The notes under the pieces: generated by a model | The model's database searches: none | Seen by the model: the letters and a program-made list of their open reading frames with translations, nothing else | What the model was told of the DNA's origin: nothing | Assembly: GCF_003018255.1 (NCBI RefSeq) | Contig: NZ_CP027440.1 | Length of the DNA stretch: 64,000 nt | Reading direction: 5' to 3' (one strand) | From: Escherichia coli | GTDB lineage: Bacteria; Pseudomonadota; Gammaproteobacteria; Enterobacterales; Enterobacteriaceae | Made by a program: the position numbers and the translations under genes | Shown: piece by piece, positions 60,524 to 64,000 of the stretch | How positions within the stretch are numbered: the first letter of the stretch is position 1 | How the letters are laid out: the number at the start of each line of letters is the position of its first letter

Positions 60524-61747
60524 ATGTCAATTGACTTTACCCCATGTATGATAAATACATATCACGGCGATATTTATAACCGCACAACAGATACCGACAA
60601 TGTTAAAACACCAGACACACCGAAGTGGCCTTGCGATAATTGGGAAGAACAACAACCCATTAATTCCACATTCTCTGGAGAAGGATATACCTCTGATCAA
60701 TATGATTTAGCGCAATACCAACTTCAACAAATTAATGCGTGCCACACGAACACTACATATACAAATGCAGACTACTCAAAAGTTGTGGCTCAACTTGTAA
60801 GTCTTATTACTAACATTGAAACGATAAGTTCGACACAACTTACGCAACAGACACAATCAATACTTAATCAGATTAATAACATTAGATACGAAAAAAACAA
60901 AAGTGCTGAATATCGAATCATTGTTGTCGCTAATCCTAAACCCGACAAGGCAATCATAACTAAAATTAGCGTAGAAGAGGGAATACCAGTAAGATTCAGT
61001 GTCCAAACCATGTTTTCAGATACTAATTTTATTACTGAACAACGAGCTGACTTACCGACTAATATAAAAGATATTCAAAGCCTGTATCAAAAAATGACGA
61101 AGTTATATATTGAACACAGTGAAAATAAAAACAGGATGAAAGTCTTTGCTGGAACCAACTTTATTGATTTCAATGTGACAGGACAGGACCTTTCCGGGTT
61201 CGTTCTAACCTTGTCAAGGTTTTATTTCGAAGATCTACTTAATATAAATTTCACTGACGCAAATTTAGGTGACACTATTTTTTCACATAAAGAACACCCT
61301 ACCCCAAAATTATATAAAGACGAACAATATCTTGACAAACAAATCGAAGGTTTATTTTCAACATTATTAACCATTAATGACAACTTTTTACGAGCAAAAG
61401 CGGAAATTGCTTCGACAATAATTAAATTCTTAGAGGCCAGGATAACCAATATTTCATACAATGACATATTAAAATATCAGCAAGAATTCAAAAAACAATG
61501 TTATAAGCAAGTTAAAGCCTTTACGACACTCTCCCGATACAATAAAATTCAAACATGGGCAGAAATGTCTGAATATCAATTCGAAGTATTTCAATACGAG
61601 ACGCTTAACCCAAAAAAAATGTCATACGCACCTTATTTAAAGAGATCGCTACCTGATGAAAAAACTATAAATTATGGGGTGGAAATAGAAACACCAACTG
61701 GCAAAAGAATTCGCTTATTAAATCATTACCAGAATATAATCCCATAA
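60524..61747 (+). CDS. yhiS: YhiS-like protein, apparently intact (uncharacterised, AT-rich, pentapeptide-repeat-like segment)
   Basis: 407-aa uninterrupted ORF between ars and slp; low GC; periodic segment [35 protein letters not shown]. Confidence 0.6.
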   Translation: MSIDFTPCMINTYHGDIYNRTTDTDNVKTPDTPKWPCDNWEEQQPINSTFSGEGYTSDQYDLAQYQLQQINACHTNTTYTNADYSKVVAQLVSLITNIETISSTQLTQQTQSILNQINNIRYEKNKSAEYRIIVVANPKPDKAIITKISVEEGIPVRFSVQTMFSDTNFITEQRADLPTNIKDIQSLYQKMTKLYIEHSENKNRMKVFAGTNFIDFNVTGQDLSGFVLTLSRFYFEDLLNINFTDANLGDTIFSHKEHPTPKLYKDEQYLDKQIEGLFSTLLTINDNFLRAKAEIASTIIKFLEARITNISYNDILKYQQEFKKQCYKQVKAFTTLSRYNKIQTWAEMSEYQFEVFQYETLNPKKMSYAPYLKRSLPDEKTINYGVEIETPTGKRIRLLNHYQNIIP

Positions 61748-61992
61748 TATTGAACATTAGCACTTTATAATCATTGAATAAAAATAGATTTTATGTACCT
61801 TTAAAAAAAGGCTATTTTATGGGGCGATGGATACTCATGTCACGCCCCAAAATTAACAGAATTAAACTAAACAGAAGGGATATAAACATCAGACAGGTTT
61901 ACGTTACTATCAGGCATATCGCCTCAGAATCAGATGAAAACTATAAAGAAATATCTATTATGGTTTTAATATTTGTTGATAAGGATAGTAAC

Positions 61993-62559
61993 ATGAACAT
62001 GACAAAAGGTGCACTCATCCTCAGCCTTTCATTTTTGCTTGCCGCATGTAGTTCAATTCCGCAAAATATCAAAGGCAATAACCAACCTGATATTCAAAAA
62101 AGTTTTGTTGCTGTTCATAACCAGCCGGGGTTATATGTTGGTCAACAAGCGCGCTTTGGCGGGAAGGTTATCAACGTTATCAATGGCAAAACGGATACGT
62201 TGTTAGAAATCGCTGTATTACCGTTGGATAGCTATGCGAAGCCTGATATTGAAGCCAACTATCAGGGCCGACTGCTCGCCAGACAAAGCGGCTTCCTTGA
62301 TCCAGTGAACTATCGTAATCACTTTGTTACCATCCTCGGTACCATTCAGGGTGAACAACCTGGCTTTATCAATAAAGTCCCGTATAACTTCCTGGAAGTG
62401 AATATGCAGGGCATCCAGGTGTGGCATTTGAGAGAAGTGGTTAATACCACCTATAACCTGTGGGATTACGGCTATGGTGCATTCTGGCCGGAACCGGGCT
62501 GGGGCGCGCCTTACTACACCAATGCGGTGAGTCAAGTAACACCTGAGCTGGTCAAATAA
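61993..62559 (+). CDS. slp: Starvation-inducible outer membrane lipoprotein Slp
   Basis: Start at MNMTKGALILSLSFLLAAC (lipobox), 188 aa. Confidence 0.9.
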   Translation: MNMTKGALILSLSFLLAACSSIPQNIKGNNQPDIQKSFVAVHNQPGLYVGQQARFGGKVINVINGKTDTLLEIAVLPLDSYAKPDIEANYQGRLLARQSGFLDPVNYRNHFVTILGTIQGEQPGFINKVPYNFLEVNMQGIQVWHLREVVNTTYNLWDYGYGAFWPEPGWGAPYYTNAVSQVTPELVK

Positions 62560-62711
62560 CACCACCGAGAGATGCAGATGCTTTCTCAGCATCTGCATCA
62601 TGCATTACATCAAATTAATACACAGCCAGCTAACTATTATTATAAGCCCTGTCCTGTTAATTACCTTTGGCAAACTGATTATAAAGTTAATGTCCGCACC
62701 AGGAGTCGGTT

Positions 62712-63242
62712 ATGTTTCTTATAATTACCAGGGATACGATGTTCTTCACTGCGATGAAAAACATTCTGAGTAAAGGTAATGTCGTTCATATACAGAACGA
62801 AGAAGAGATCGACGTAATGTTGCATCAGCATGCCTTCGTCATTATTGATACATTAATGAATAATGTATTTCATTCTAATTTGCTCACTCAGATTGAACGA
62901 TTAAAACCTGTCCATGTGATTATTTTCTCTCCCTTTAATATTAAACGCTGCCTGGGGAAAGTACCGGTGACCTTTGTTCCGCGAACTATCACCATCATCG
63001 ACTTTGTCGCACTCATCAATGGCAGTTACTGCTCTGTGCCTGAAGCGGATGTGTCCCTTTCGCGCAAGCAGCATCAGGTTCTGAGCTGCATTGCGAATCA
63101 AATGACAACGGAAGATATTCTGGAGAAACTGAAAATATCGCTAAAAACGTTCTACTGCCATAAACACAATATCATGATGATCCTCAATCTTAAGCGGATC
63201 AATGAGTTGGTACGCCATCAGCATATTGATTATCTGGTGTGA
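62712..63242 (+). CDS. dctR: LuxR-family regulator DctR (YhiF)
   Basis: 176 aa with C-terminal LuxR-type HTH; position after slp. Confidence 0.8.
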   Translation: MFLIITRDTMFFTAMKNILSKGNVVHIQNEEEIDVMLHQHAFVIIDTLMNNVFHSNLLTQIERLKPVHVIIFSPFNIKRCLGKVPVTFVPRTITIIDFVALINGSYCSVPEADVSLSRKQHQVLSCIANQMTTEDILEKLKISLKTFYCHKHNIMMILNLKRINELVRHQHIDYLV

Positions 63243-63302
63243 ACGATTGATCAATATAAAGAGGCCCAGCAATAAATAGCCAGACCTCCCGTTAATTATA
63301 CG

Positions 63303-64000
63303 TTATGCAGTAACGACTTCCGGTATCAGCGAAGCAATTTGCTTACGCCATTGCGCTTGCTCCTGTTCGCCTTCTGTACGTTGACCATAAAGTTGCGCTA
63401 TCTGCGTACCATCATGGGCAAACAATTCCAGACTGGTTACGTAGCCATCGCTGGTCGGTTTACGGGTAACCCAGGCTTCAGCAATGCTCTCTTCTAATAG
63501 ATGAAGAGTAAACGTCGGGTTGAAAATATTCAGCCAACCTTTCATTGGCACCACTTTTTCTACCACACCAGTGAAAATCTGTACGCAGCCACGGTTGCCA
63601 ACAAACACCATGATTTCATTGCCATCCTGCTGTGCAGATTCAAGAATTTGCGCCAACGCACTGTTGGATACTTTGCAGGCCAAATCATCTGCCACCAGAT
63701 TGAACGCCTGTTGGCGCGTCAGGTTGTGGCGCTTGAGCAACGTAAAAAACTGATGAACGTCGGTCATCGCCCGCCACTCTTGCTCGACCACACTGGCATC
63801 GGCTCGCGTTTGAACAACTGGCGCATCAACGGCTTTTAACTCAAGCGGCATATTCTCATCGGCGATAAACCGTGCCAGAAGCTCACTCCATGCCGCCATA
63901 TCGGTATTGTCGGTGGCATAAACTTTTAGTAATGCATCGCCCTGATGATCAAAGAACTGAATACTCTGGCGTTCGCCACGAGTCGTATTTTCTTTAATGT
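63303..64000 (-). CDS. chuS: Haem-degrading/utilisation protein ChuS (HemS family), C-terminal part; 5' end beyond window
   Basis: Frame is open to the window edge; product FFDHQGDALLKVYATDNTDMAAWSELLARF ... resembles ChuS/HemS/ShuS; position after dctR as in chu-positive E. coli. Confidence 0.6.
   Translation of the reverse strand, partial: IKENTTRGERQSIQFFDHQGDALLKVYATDNTDMAAWSELLARFIADENMPLELKAVDAPVVQTRADASVVEQEWRAMTDVHQFFTLLKRHNLTRQQAFNLVADDLACKVSNSALAQILESAQQDGNEIMVFVGNRGCVQIFTGVVEKVVPMKGWLNIFNPTFTLHLLEESIAEAWVTRKPTSDGYVTSLELFAHDGTQIAQLYGQRTEGEQEQAQWRKQIASLIPEVVTA

Noticed and set aside
61774-61992. N-terminal extension of the slp ORF (261 codons in the ORF track)
   Set aside because: The lipoprotein signal peptide and lipobox begin at the ATG at 61993; the upstream extension is AT-rich promoter sequence.

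Overview
This window is an Escherichia coli-type chromosomal segment with the backbone gene order ugpEAB / livFGMHK / panM / livJ / rpoH / ftsXEY / rsmD-yhhLMN / zntA / tusA / yhhQ-dcrB-yhhS-yhhT-acpT / nikABCDE-nikR / rhs element / yhhJ-rbbA-yhiI / yhiM-yhiN / pitA / uspB-uspA / dtpB / rsmJ-prlC / rlmJ-gor / dinQ-agrAB / arsRBC / yhiS-slp-dctR / chuS (cut by the window end). All gene names are recognised from the translated ORFs by memory, with no database search, and most starts were re-derived by hand from the six-frame track. Compared with my recollection of K-12, the strain carries several accessory or variant pieces: (1) a Phd-Doc toxin-antitoxin pair between the livF terminator and the ugpB promoter; (2) an Rhs element whose AT-rich C-terminal toxin domain is interrupted by one in-frame TAG and is followed by a translationally coupled small membrane immunity-like gene, a displaced rhs core fragment and two tandem H-repeat (ISAs1-like) elements, the second internally deleted; (3) a frameshift in nikE at an A6 run; (4) a divergent ArsR-family regulator plus ArsP-like Cys-rich permease pair next to arsRBC; (5) an intact, AT-rich yhiS carrying a pentapeptide-repeat-like segment; (6) the dinQ/agrA/agrB locus, which contains a diverged copy of the 3' end of gor; (7) the start of the chu haem-utilisation locus. 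The best candidates for something undescribed are the uncharacterised Cys-rich Rhs toxin domain with its immunity gene and the atypical ArsR-ArsP module. No rRNA, tRNA or CRISPR array was found.
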